Below are positions 8,571 to 18,052 of a stretch of DNA of 51,173 nt, piece after piece. The position numbers were made by a program, and so were the translations under genes. Below the pieces are notes generated by a model. It worked only from the letters and a program-made list of their open reading frames with translations. It was not told the origin of the DNA and did no database searches. The first letter of the stretch is position 1. Each line of letters begins with the position of its first letter. The stretch is from Flavobacteriaceae bacterium (GTDB lineage Bacteria > Bacteroidota > Bacteroidia > Flavobacteriales > Flavobacteriaceae): contig JAOZTK010000002.1 of assembly GCA_029942185.1 (NCBI GenBank), forward strand, positions 1 through 51,173, read 5' to 3'.

Positions 8571-8982
8571 GTTAAATTGATGTGCTTTAATGATTCAATT
8601 ATATCTTGAATATTATAAATCTAAGATTATATCCTTTTTTGTACCTTAGCCATAATTACTGAGACTAAAATGAATGTGTAATTCCTATGTGTAGATTTGC
8701 GACTCTTAGGATTGATTTGTTCAAAACAACAGGCGTTTTATTAAAAAGTGTAATTTAAACAGTTTAACTAAGAAATAATAGTTAATAATCAAACACAAGG
8801 AGGCTTTTTTGCCCCATTTTTTTAATTACAAATAGCACACGAGTTTTTATAGCTTTTTAATGCTAAATTTTTGAACTGAGCATGTCAAAACCTGACGCAC
8901 AGGGAAATGGTTAATAGCAAACAGTATTTAGCCTGCGCTAAATTTATTTTGGTATTACCACTATAAAATAGAATTAAAACAG

Positions 8983-10398
8983 ATGAAAATTATACATATA
9001 AGTGCAGAGTGTTATCCTATTGCAAAAGTGGGTGGGTTAGCCGATGTTGTAGGAGCATTACCTAAATATCAAAGTAGCAAAAAAATCACTTCGGAAGTAT
9101 TGATTCCTTTTTATGATACTGCATTTACTCAAACACACACATTTACGACCATCTATAAATCCAAATTAAATTTAGGAGATGCTGTTTTCCCCTACGAGAT
9201 TAAAACGCTTGATAATAACACCTTAGGTTTTGAAGTGTTTTTTGTTGATATTCCTCAGCAATTATTTAGAAACTATGTATATTCGTCAGACGATGCAGAT
9301 CGTTTTATCTCTTTTCAAATTGCGTCTTTAGATTGGTTGCTGACATGGAAAGACAAACCTACAATTGTCCATTGCCACGATCATCATACAGGGCTGATTC
9401 CTTTTATGATGTCACAGTCATTAAAATATAAAAAATTAAGTAGAATTTCAAGTGTATTAACCATTCACAACGCACAGTATCAAGGTTGGTTTTCATACGA
9501 TAAATTAGCCTACATTCCTGAATTCGACATGGAAAATGCCGGTTTGTTAGATTGGAATCATCAAATAAATTCATTGGCTACAGGGATAAAATGTGCTTGG
9601 CGTGTTACGACCGTTTCTCCGAGTTATATGGAAGAATTAAAAGTGAAAGCCAACGGATTAGAATCTTTATTACGACATGAGCACAAAAAATGTTCAGGAA
9701 TTTTAAACGGAATTGATACCGATGTTTGGAACCCGGAAACAGATGATTATATCGTTAAAAACTATGGACCTACAATTGTACAGTCCGGAAAAAAAGCAAA
9801 TAAAAAATATTTGTGTGATCGGTTTAATTTAGACATCAAAAAACCACTTATTGTTTTTATTGGACGATTGGTTGGGGAAAAAGGAGCTGAATTGTTACCT
9901 GTAGTTTTTGATTTAATATTACAAGAAAAACACAGTTCAATCCTTTTATTAGGATCTGGAAATAAGGAAATAGAAAAGGAATTAGAAAAACTTAAAGAAA
10001 AGCATAAAGGCACCTACAATGCATTTATAGGCTATGATGAAAAATTATCGCACATAATGTATGCCGGTGCCGACTTTTTATTAATGCCATCACGAGTAGA
10101 ACCTTGTGGTTTAAATCAGATGTATGCATTGAGATACGGTACGATACCCGTTGTGAGAAATATTGGTGGATTAAAGGATACTATAATCGATATCGATAAC
10201 AAAGGCTTTGGAATAATACATCAAGAAGTGAGTGTATACGCTATTGTATACGCTATAAAAAGAGCTGAAAGTTTGTATAAACACATACAAAAATTTAAAA
10301 ATATAAGAAACAGAATCATGGGTATCAATCACTCATGGGATACTTCTGCACAAGCGTATATCAATTTGTATAAAACATTAAACACTAAGGTATCATGA
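8983..10398 (+). CDS. glgA: glycogen (starch) synthase, GT5
   Basis: 471 aa. N-terminal MKIIHISAECYPIAKVGGLADVVGALPK (KxGGL motif). Confidence 0.9.
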   Translation: MKIIHISAECYPIAKVGGLADVVGALPKYQSSKKITSEVLIPFYDTAFTQTHTFTTIYKSKLNLGDAVFPYEIKTLDNNTLGFEVFFVDIPQQLFRNYVYSSDDADRFISFQIASLDWLLTWKDKPTIVHCHDHHTGLIPFMMSQSLKYKKLSRISSVLTIHNAQYQGWFSYDKLAYIPEFDMENAGLLDWNHQINSLATGIKCAWRVTTVSPSYMEELKVKANGLESLLRHEHKKCSGILNGIDTDVWNPETDDYIVKNYGPTIVQSGKKANKKYLCDRFNLDIKKPLIVFIGRLVGEKGAELLPVVFDLILQEKHSSILLLGSGNKEIEKELEKLKEKHKGTYNAFIGYDEKLSHIMYAGADFLLMPSRVEPCGLNQMYALRYGTIPVVRNIGGLKDTIIDIDNKGFGIIHQEVSVYAIVYAIKRAESLYKHIQKFKNIRNRIMGINHSWDTSAQAYINLYKTLNTKVS

Positions 10399-11654
10399 AT
10401 AAAAAAGTATTATCAATTATTTTAGGAGGAGGACAAGGATCAAGATTATATCCGTTAACTGAAGCTAGATCAAAACCGGCAGTACCCATTGCAGGAAAAT
10501 ACCGATTGGTGGATATTCCAATATCTAATTGCATTAATTCCGGAATTACACGTATGTTTGTATTAACGCAGTTTAACTCTGCTTCACTAAACAGACATAT
10601 AAAAAACACCTATAATTTTGGGAAGTTTAGTGCTGCTTTTGTCGATGTATTAGCAGCTGAACAAACGCCTACTAATCAAACTTGGTTTCAAGGTACTGCT
10701 GATGCTGTACGTCAGAGTATGCACCACTTTGCAAATTACAATTTTGACTATTTCTTAATTTTATCCGGTGATCAATTGTATCAAATGGATTACGAATTGA
10801 TGCTTCAAAAGCATATTGAAACAGGAGCGGATATCTCTTTAGCCACTTTACCGGTCAATGCACACGATGCCACTTCTTTCGGAATTTTAAAAACAGATGA
10901 GGACAGTTGGATTAGTTCATTTATTGAAAAACCCGAAGCAAAATTATTACCGGATTGGACGTCAGATGTGAGTTCTAAAATGAAAGATGAAGGGAGAAAT
11001 TATCTCGCTTCGATGGGTATTTATATTTTTAATAGAAAATTGCTGATTGAATTGATGAAAAATCCTGACACCATGGATTTTGGTAAAGAAATCATGCCAC
11101 AATCTCTTGGAAAACACAAACTTTTAAGCTATCAGTTTGAGGGTTATTGGACAGATATTGGAAATATTGCTTCTTTTTTTGAAGCGAACTTGGGTCTTAC
11201 AGACGATATTCCCGAATTTGATTTGTATGATAAACCAAAACGTATTTATACGCGGGCACGTATGTTGCCCACGACAAAAATCTCGGGAACTACACTTAAT
11301 AAAACAGTAGTTGCAGATGGATGTATTATTCATGCTGCTAAACTTGACCGTTGTGTTATAGGTATTCGTGCTAGAATTGGTTGTGAGTCAACGGTGATTA
11401 ATACGTATATGATGGGTAGTGATTATTATCAAAAATTAGAGGAAGTTATTGATAGAGAGAAAACCCCAATGGGCATCGGAGAACGTTGCTTTATTAAAAA
11501 TGCCATTTTAGATAAAAATTGTTGTATTGGAAATGATGTCAGAATCAATGGAGGGGCACATCTAAAAGATAAAGAAACAAAAACCTACGTCATAAGACAA
11601 GGAGTAGTAGTTGTAAAAAAAGGAGCAGTCCTCCCTAACGGATTTGTTATTTAA
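10395..11654 (+). CDS. glgC: glucose-1-phosphate adenylyltransferase
   Basis: 419 aa. ILGGGQGSRLYPLT nucleotide-binding motif and a left-handed beta-helix C-terminus. The ATGA start/stop overlap with glgA suggests translational coupling. Confidence 0.9.
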   Translation: MNKKVLSIILGGGQGSRLYPLTEARSKPAVPIAGKYRLVDIPISNCINSGITRMFVLTQFNSASLNRHIKNTYNFGKFSAAFVDVLAAEQTPTNQTWFQGTADAVRQSMHHFANYNFDYFLILSGDQLYQMDYELMLQKHIETGADISLATLPVNAHDATSFGILKTDEDSWISSFIEKPEAKLLPDWTSDVSSKMKDEGRNYLASMGIYIFNRKLLIELMKNPDTMDFGKEIMPQSLGKHKLLSYQFEGYWTDIGNIASFFEANLGLTDDIPEFDLYDKPKRIYTRARMLPTTKISGTTLNKTVVADGCIIHAAKLDRCVIGIRARIGCESTVINTYMMGSDYYQKLEEVIDREKTPMGIGERCFIKNAILDKNCCIGNDVRINGGAHLKDKETKTYVIRQGVVVVKKGAVLPNGFVI

Positions 11655-11658
11655 AAAT

Positions 11659-13566
11659 ATGAATAAAGTAATTTCACACAGTCTTTTTACCAAGTTTGAT
11701 ATCGACTTATTTAAAAGTGGAAAGCATTTCCGCTTGTACGAAAAATTGGGATCACATATTATAACTGTCAATGGAGTTAAAGGAACTTATTTTTCCGTTT
11801 GGGCACCCAATGCCAAACAGGTGTCTGTAGTTGGCGATTTCAATCATTGGGTTGACGGAGATTGTAAATTAGACGTCCGTTGGGATTCCTCCGGTATATG
11901 GGAAGGTTTTATTTCTAATGTAAAGAAAGGGCATTTATATAAATATAGAATTCACGCCAACCACAGCGATGAAGTTTTTGAAAAAGCAGATCCTTACGCA
12001 CGTAGAAATGAACATCCACCCAAAACAGCTTCTGTTGTTTGGGAAGATTCTTATAAATGGGAAGATTCTAAATGGTTGAGAAAAAGAAAAAAAAGGAATG
12101 CTATTGATGCTCCTTTTTCTGTTTACGAAGTACATTTGGGTTCTTGGAAAAGGCAAATGCAAGAAGATCGGTTTCTATCCTATTTTGAGTTAGCAGATGA
12201 GTTGGTCAACTATGTCAAAGAAATGAATTTTACACATGTAGAATTGATGCCTATTATGGAGTATCCTTATGATCCTTCTTGGGGGTATCAAATTACAGGA
12301 TATTTCGCTCCTACTTCACGTTTTGGTTTCCCGGACGAGTTTAAGTATTTGGTAGATAAATTGCACCAAAATAAAATAGGAATTATACTTGATTGGGTTC
12401 CCTCTCATTTCCCGGAAGATGCACATGGTCTGGGTTATTTTGATGGTTCACATTTATACGAACACCCTGATAAACGCAAGGGATACCATCAGGATTGGAA
12501 AAGTTTAATTTTTAATTATGGTAGAAATGAAGTACGTGCATTTTTAATTAGCAATGCCCTTTTTTGGTTAGACCAATACCATATAGACGGACTACGTGTA
12601 GATGCTGTGGCTTCTATGTTGTTTTTGGATTATTCTCGTGAGGAAGGCGAATGGGAACCAAACATATACGGTGGAAAAGAAAATTTATCTGTTATTTCGT
12701 TTTTTAAAGAATTGAATACAATGGTTTATGATTCTTTTCCGGATGTTCAGATTATAGCAGAAGAATCAACTGCTTTCCCGGGTGTTTCAAAGCCTGTATT
12801 TATGGGAGGCCTAGGATTTGGTATGAAATGGATGATGGGTTGGATGCACGACACCTTGGAATATTTTTCGAAAGATCCAATTTATAGAAAATACCATCAA
12901 AATGAAATTACTTTTAGCTTGGCCTATGCTTTCTCGGAAAATTTTATGCTACCTCTTTCACACGATGAAGTAGTATATGGTAAGAATTCAATTCTCGGTC
13001 GTATGCCGGGCGATGAATGGCAACGATTTGCAAACCTCAGATTGCTTTACGGTTATATGTTTACACATCCCGGAACTAAATTAGTTTTTATGGGGTCTGA
13101 GTTTGGACAGTATAACGAATGGAATTACAACAAGAGTTTAGATTGGAATTTGTTAGAGTTTAAACCTCACCAAAATTTCCAGAACTATTTTAAAGCCCTA
13201 AATAAATTGTATAAAACCACACCCGCTTTATTTGAAAAAGCATTTGTACAAGAAGGTTTTGAGTGGATTAGTTTTGATGATCATGAAAACGCTGTGATTT
13301 CATTTATTAGAAAAGGATATGATTCAAAAAATGATGTTGTAGTAATCTGTAATTTCACACCTAGTATACATAAAGAATACCGAATAGGTATTTCAAGAAG
13401 AGGAAAACTCAAAGAAATATTTAATAGTGATTCAGAAGAGTTTGGAGGAAGTGGCTGTGTAAATTCAACACTTATTAGTATAAAAAAACAAGCTTGCCAT
13501 AATAAAGATTATTCTGCGTCAGTAAATGTGCCGCCACTTGGGATATCAATTTTTAAATTTGAGTAA
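11659..13566 (+). CDS. glgB: 1,4-alpha-glucan branching enzyme (GH13_9)
   Basis: GH13 regions DWVPSHF, GLRVDAVASM, IAEEST and LSHDEV. The ORF track begins at TTG 11644, inside the glgC end. The ATG at 11659, 4 nt after the glgC stop, is the more likely start. Confidence 0.9.
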   Translation: MNKVISHSLFTKFDIDLFKSGKHFRLYEKLGSHIITVNGVKGTYFSVWAPNAKQVSVVGDFNHWVDGDCKLDVRWDSSGIWEGFISNVKKGHLYKYRIHANHSDEVFEKADPYARRNEHPPKTASVVWEDSYKWEDSKWLRKRKKRNAIDAPFSVYEVHLGSWKRQMQEDRFLSYFELADELVNYVKEMNFTHVELMPIMEYPYDPSWGYQITGYFAPTSRFGFPDEFKYLVDKLHQNKIGIILDWVPSHFPEDAHGLGYFDGSHLYEHPDKRKGYHQDWKSLIFNYGRNEVRAFLISNALFWLDQYHIDGLRVDAVASMLFLDYSREEGEWEPNIYGGKENLSVISFFKELNTMVYDSFPDVQIIAEESTAFPGVSKPVFMGGLGFGMKWMMGWMHDTLEYFSKDPIYRKYHQNEITFSLAYAFSENFMLPLSHDEVVYGKNSILGRMPGDEWQRFANLRLLYGYMFTHPGTKLVFMGSEFGQYNEWNYNKSLDWNLLEFKPHQNFQNYFKALNKLYKTTPALFEKAFVQEGFEWISFDDHENAVISFIRKGYDSKNDVVVICNFTPSIHKEYRIGISRRGKLKEIFNSDSEEFGGSGCVNSTLISIKKQACHNKDYSASVNVPPLGISIFKFE

Positions 13567-13663
13567 AAAGTGTAAATTATTAGATTTATACATTCAAAAA
13601 CGTTTCAGAGTTGATTTGTATATTAATTCAAAAAATCTATTCTGATTTAATTCCTATATATTA

Positions 13664-16069
13664 ATGATAACGAATACCGAGCTAGAACTAAAAGGAAATC
13701 AATTTCCTACAAAAATAAAATCGTATAAAAGAGACCTTAACACACTTCATTTTACAACAGAGAACGAGGTTACATTAGAACTGACCATCGTTAGAGATAG
13801 TGTGCTGAGATTTAGGTATTTCCCAACTTCTGATTTTAATAATGACTTTTCCTATGCCATATCTAAAAATGCAAGTATGGGGTATAACCAACTCGATATA
13901 ACAGAAGATAAGGAAAAGTATGTAATTACAACTAGTAAATTGATATGTCACATTAACAAAGCTAATTTAAGGGCATCCATGTACGATGCCAAAAGCAAAG
14001 CCTTAATTAATGAGGATGAACATGGTTTTCATTGGGAAGAAAACTATGAAAATGGAGGGAATATCGTAAAAATGAGTAAGATCTCCCATAAAGGAGAGAG
14101 TTATTATGGTTTAGGAGACAAACCGGTTAGTTTAAATCTAAAAGGGAAACGTTTTATAAATTGGGTCACGGATTCTTATTCGTTTACGAAAAAATCAGAT
14201 CCTATCTATAAAGCAATTCCATTTTTTACAGGGATCCATTTAGGAAAAGCATACGGTATTTTCTTTGATAATTCGTTTAGAACTTATTTTGATTTTGCAC
14301 AAGAAAGAAAAGATGTGAGTAGCTTTTGGGCACAAGGAGGCCACATGAATTATTATTTCATATACGGTCCTAAAATGATTGATGTGGTAGAAAGTTATAC
14401 CGATCTAACCGGAAAACCTATCGAGTTACCGCCCTTATGGGCATTGGGATATCATCAATGTAAATGGAGTTATTATCCTGAATCAAAAGTTAGAGAAATA
14501 ACGACCAAATTTAGAGATTTGAGAATTCCTTGCGATGCGATATATTTAGATATAGATTACATGGAAGATTTTAAGTGTTTTACATGGAATAAAGAACATT
14601 TTCCCAATCCTAAAAAAATGGTAAAAGAATTGACGGATGAGGGATTTAAAACAATTGTAATTATAGATCCGGGTATAAAAATAGATATGGATTATGATGT
14701 TTTTAAAGAAGGGCTCGAAAAGGATTATTTCTGTAAGCGTGCAGATGGTCCTTATATGAAGGGAAAAGTATGGCCGGGAGATTGCTATTTTCCCGACTTT
14801 ACCAATCCTGAAGTGCGAACATGGTGGTCGGATTTGTTTAAAGATTTAATAGAAAATATTGGTGTCAAAGGAGTTTGGAATGATATGAATGAACCAGCTG
14901 TGATGGAAGTGCCCAATAAAACATTTCCCAAAGATGTCAGACATAATTATGACGGAAATTATTGCAGTCATCGGAAAGCACATAATGTTTATGGGATGCA
15001 AATGGCAAGGGCAACCTATCATGGAGTGAAAAAATATGCACACCCTAAAAGGCCGTTTGTGATTACTCGAGCTGCTTTTTCAGGGACACAACGATATACG
15101 TCAACATGGACAGGCGATAATAAAGCCACGTGGGAACACCTATGGATTGCCAACATACAAGCACAACGTATGGCTATGTCAGGATTTTCTTTTGCCGGTA
15201 GTGATATCGGAGGGTTTGAAGGACAACCCGATGGCGAATTATATGCGAGGTGGATCCAATTAGGTGCGTTTCATCCTTTTTTTAGAACTCATTCTTCCGG
15301 GGATCATGGTGATCAAGAACCTTGGACATTCGGTGAGGAAATAACAGATATTGTCAGAAAATTCATCGAACTGCGCTATGAATTATTGCCTTATTTATAT
15401 ACTGCTTTTTGGAATTATTTGAACGAAGGAACACCTATCTTAAAATCTTTGGTTCTTTATGATCAAGAAGATACGCAAACTCATCATAGAAATGATGAGT
15501 TTATTTTTGGAGATAAAATTATGGTTTGCCCTATCATTGAGCCGAATGCTAAAGGTAGAAGAATGTATATTCCAAGAGGCAAATGGGTTAATTTTTGGAC
15601 AGATGAAATTGTAAAAGGAGGCAAAGAAGCCTGGGTTGATGCAGATATCAATACCATTCCAATTTTTGTAAAGCAAGGAGCAATTATTCCTAAATACCCC
15701 GTTCAACAATATGTAGGTGAAAAGAAAATTAAAGAGGTTACTCTAGACGTTTATTATAAAAAAGGCAAGGAAAAAAGCAATTTATATGAAGATGCAAACG
15801 ATGGATATGATTATAAAAAAGGAAATTTCAGTTTGCGAAATTTTAGTTTGGTAGGGAAATCCAACACCTTGAATATCCAACAACATAAAATTGGAAAGTT
15901 TATAACAAGTTATGAGACTTTTAAAATTGTATTGCACGGTTTACCTTTTAAAATATTGAAAATTTATATCGATGATGAACAGTTTCTATTCGAAGATGTA
16001 AAAATAAATGGCGATAACATCCTAATTGTTCCAAAGGAATTTACCAATTTGAATATTATAGGGGAGTAA
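13664..16069 (+). CDS. GH31 alpha-glucosidase, no signal peptide
   Basis: 801 aa. GH31 signatures GVWNDMNEP (nucleophile Asp) and WTGDN. Confidence 0.85.
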   Translation: MITNTELELKGNQFPTKIKSYKRDLNTLHFTTENEVTLELTIVRDSVLRFRYFPTSDFNNDFSYAISKNASMGYNQLDITEDKEKYVITTSKLICHINKANLRASMYDAKSKALINEDEHGFHWEENYENGGNIVKMSKISHKGESYYGLGDKPVSLNLKGKRFINWVTDSYSFTKKSDPIYKAIPFFTGIHLGKAYGIFFDNSFRTYFDFAQERKDVSSFWAQGGHMNYYFIYGPKMIDVVESYTDLTGKPIELPPLWALGYHQCKWSYYPESKVREITTKFRDLRIPCDAIYLDIDYMEDFKCFTWNKEHFPNPKKMVKELTDEGFKTIVIIDPGIKIDMDYDVFKEGLEKDYFCKRADGPYMKGKVWPGDCYFPDFTNPEVRTWWSDLFKDLIENIGVKGVWNDMNEPAVMEVPNKTFPKDVRHNYDGNYCSHRKAHNVYGMQMARATYHGVKKYAHPKRPFVITRAAFSGTQRYTSTWTGDNKATWEHLWIANIQAQRMAMSGFSFAGSDIGGFEGQPDGELYARWIQLGAFHPFFRTHSSGDHGDQEPWTFGEEITDIVRKFIELRYELLPYLYTAFWNYLNEGTPILKSLVLYDQEDTQTHHRNDEFIFGDKIMVCPIIEPNAKGRRMYIPRGKWVNFWTDEIVKGGKEAWVDADINTIPIFVKQGAIIPKYPVQQYVGEKKIKEVTLDVYYKKGKEKSNLYEDANDGYDYKKGNFSLRNFSLVGKSNTLNIQQHKIGKFITSYETFKIVLHGLPFKILKIYIDDEQFLFEDVKINGDNILIVPKEFTNLNIIGE

Positions 16070-16261
16070 TTTTTATTGATAATGTTGAACCTGGTACAAC
16101 ATTCGTTGTAAAGCGTTAATTATAAAGCTTTCAAAAGCTTGTCTCATATCTAAAATCTAGTAACGTAGCGGTCTAATATCTTTTATAGGACACCAGTTTT
16201 TTTTAGTGAATTTCTGGCTGAACAATGTATTGTTTTGATACAATAATTAAATAATTAACGC

Positions 16262-16269
16262 TATGTTTG
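16262..16269 (+). promoter_or_regulatory. -7 box TAtgTTTG upstream of the phosphorylase-family gene
   Basis: Exact TAnnTTTG, 31 nt before the ATG at 16300. It overlaps the TTG start proposed by the ORF track (16267), which argues for the ATG start. Confidence 0.35.
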
Positions 16270-16299
16270 TCGCTTCTAAAATTTAAAAAATCGAAATTA

Positions 16300-17943
16300 A
16301 TGACATGTAAATATAACAAGTGGCATCACCCCTACAAGCCGGCCAAAGAATTTGATAAAAGAGTTGCTTATTTCAGTATGGAATTTGGAATTCATCAGGC
16401 ATTAAAAATCTATTCCGGAGGTCTGGGTTTTTTATCAGGTTCACACATGCGTTCAGGATTTGAATTAAAACAGAATATGATTGGAATAGGGATGTTGTGG
16501 AAGTATGGTTATTATGATCAGGAAAGGAATGAAGACCAAACGCTACGTGTAAATTTTATTGAAAAACATCACAATTTTTTAGAGGATACGGGGATTGAGG
16601 TCGATGTAAAATTACATGATAATCCCTCTGTAAAGGTTCGTGCTTACGTGCTAAAACCTGAAATATTTGGAACGGTTCCCATATATCTTTTATCGACAGA
16701 TGTTGAGGGAAATGATTTCCTTTCGAGAACAATTACCAATTACCTCTATGACGCAAATGAATTAACACGTATCTCTCAGAGTATTGTGTTGGGAATTGGT
16801 GGTGCAAAAGTTGTCGAAGCTCTTGGAGGTGCTGACACTTATCATTTGAATGAAGGTCATGCATTACCTGCATTTTATTATTTACGCGACCAGGGTGTAA
16901 AGAAAAACCAAATGGTATTCACGACTCATACTCCTGAAAAAGCCGGTAATGAAGAAAGAGATGCGCGTCACTTAAACCGTTGTGGTTTCTTTGGCAGAAG
17001 ATTGAATGAAGTAGAACTCTCAAAAGAAATGGTAAATGAAGGTATGATTAACTATACGGTTTCTGCTTTGAGAATGGCTAGAAAGGCCAATGCCGTTTCA
17101 AAACTACACGCTAAGGTTTCCAACGAAATGTGGAAAGATTATAAGGATATTTGTAAAATCATTCCAATTACCAATGCACAGAATCAAAAATTTTGGCAAG
17201 ACGAAGAAATTAAAAAAATCTGGAAAAAACGAAATGCAAAAGCTTTTAGAGAAAGGAAAATTGAATTAAAAAAGGAACTTTTTGATATCGTTTTAAATCA
17301 GACAGTAAAAATGTTTGATCCTAATGTGTTTACCATTGTTTGGGCAAGAAGGTTTGCCGGTTATAAACGAGCTGATCTTTTGCTTTACGATATGGAACGC
17401 TTTGAAAAGTTAATTACAAATGAAAAATATCCGGTACAGATTATTTGGGCAGGAAAACCGTATCCTTATGATTTTTATGCCATCGATATTTTTAATCATC
17501 TCGTTAATATTACAAAATACAAATCTAATCTTGCAGTTCTTACCGGTTATGAAATTGCCCTTTCTAGAGAAATGAAAATGGGATCGGATATCTGGTTAAA
17601 TACACCGAGAATTACAAGAGAGGCATCCGGAACGAGTGGTATGACCGCTGCTATGAATGGTTCTGTGAATGTATCTATCAATGATGGATGGATGCCTGAA
17701 TTTGCTAAAGATGGTGTCAATAGCTTTATTTTTCCTGAGCTGGATTATAAATTGCCGGTATGGGAACAAGATAAATTAGATGCTGAAAACTTATATGATA
17801 TTTTAGAAAATAAGGTATTGCCAACTTATTATGACAAACCGAAAGAATGGTCAAAAATTGTATTTAATGGGATGGATGATGTAATTCCCGATTTTACGAG
17901 TAACAGAATGGCAGCACAATATTATAGGGAACTTTATAAGTAA
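16300..17943 (+). CDS. alpha-glucan phosphorylase family protein (short GT35 type)
   Basis: Motifs HLNEGHA, FTTHTPEKAGNE and REASGTSGMTAAMNG...NDGW match the alpha-glucan phosphorylase family. The residue after GM is Thr, not the usual PLP-binding Lys (see findings). Confidence 0.8.
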   Translation: MTCKYNKWHHPYKPAKEFDKRVAYFSMEFGIHQALKIYSGGLGFLSGSHMRSGFELKQNMIGIGMLWKYGYYDQERNEDQTLRVNFIEKHHNFLEDTGIEVDVKLHDNPSVKVRAYVLKPEIFGTVPIYLLSTDVEGNDFLSRTITNYLYDANELTRISQSIVLGIGGAKVVEALGGADTYHLNEGHALPAFYYLRDQGVKKNQMVFTTHTPEKAGNEERDARHLNRCGFFGRRLNEVELSKEMVNEGMINYTVSALRMARKANAVSKLHAKVSNEMWKDYKDICKIIPITNAQNQKFWQDEEIKKIWKKRNAKAFRERKIELKKELFDIVLNQTVKMFDPNVFTIVWARRFAGYKRADLLLYDMERFEKLITNEKYPVQIIWAGKPYPYDFYAIDIFNHLVNITKYKSNLAVLTGYEIALSREMKMGSDIWLNTPRITREASGTSGMTAAMNGSVNVSINDGWMPEFAKDGVNSFIFPELDYKLPVWEQDKLDAENLYDILENKVLPTYYDKPKEWSKIVFNGMDDVIPDFTSNRMAAQYYRELYK

Positions 17944-17966
17944 TTTTTTAATAAAATAGTTGATAG

Positions 17967-17997
17967 AAATGCGGGTGAAAACTCGCATTTTTTGTTT
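17967..17997 (+). terminator. intrinsic terminator after the phosphorylase-family gene
   Basis: aaatgcgggt-GAAA-actcgcattt gives a 10-bp stem (one G.U pair) with a GNRA tetraloop, followed by a T-run. Confidence 0.8.
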
Positions 17998-18052
17998 ATT
18001 TGTTTATTAATATATTTTATTTTTAACTTTCAAAGTTTTATCTGCCATATAA

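Noticed and set aside
16082-16102. The hairpin aatgttg-aacctggta-caacatt after the GH31 gene as a terminator
   Set aside because: The 7-bp stem is not followed by a T-run on the plus strand, so it is too weak to call. It may still contribute to 3'-end formation.
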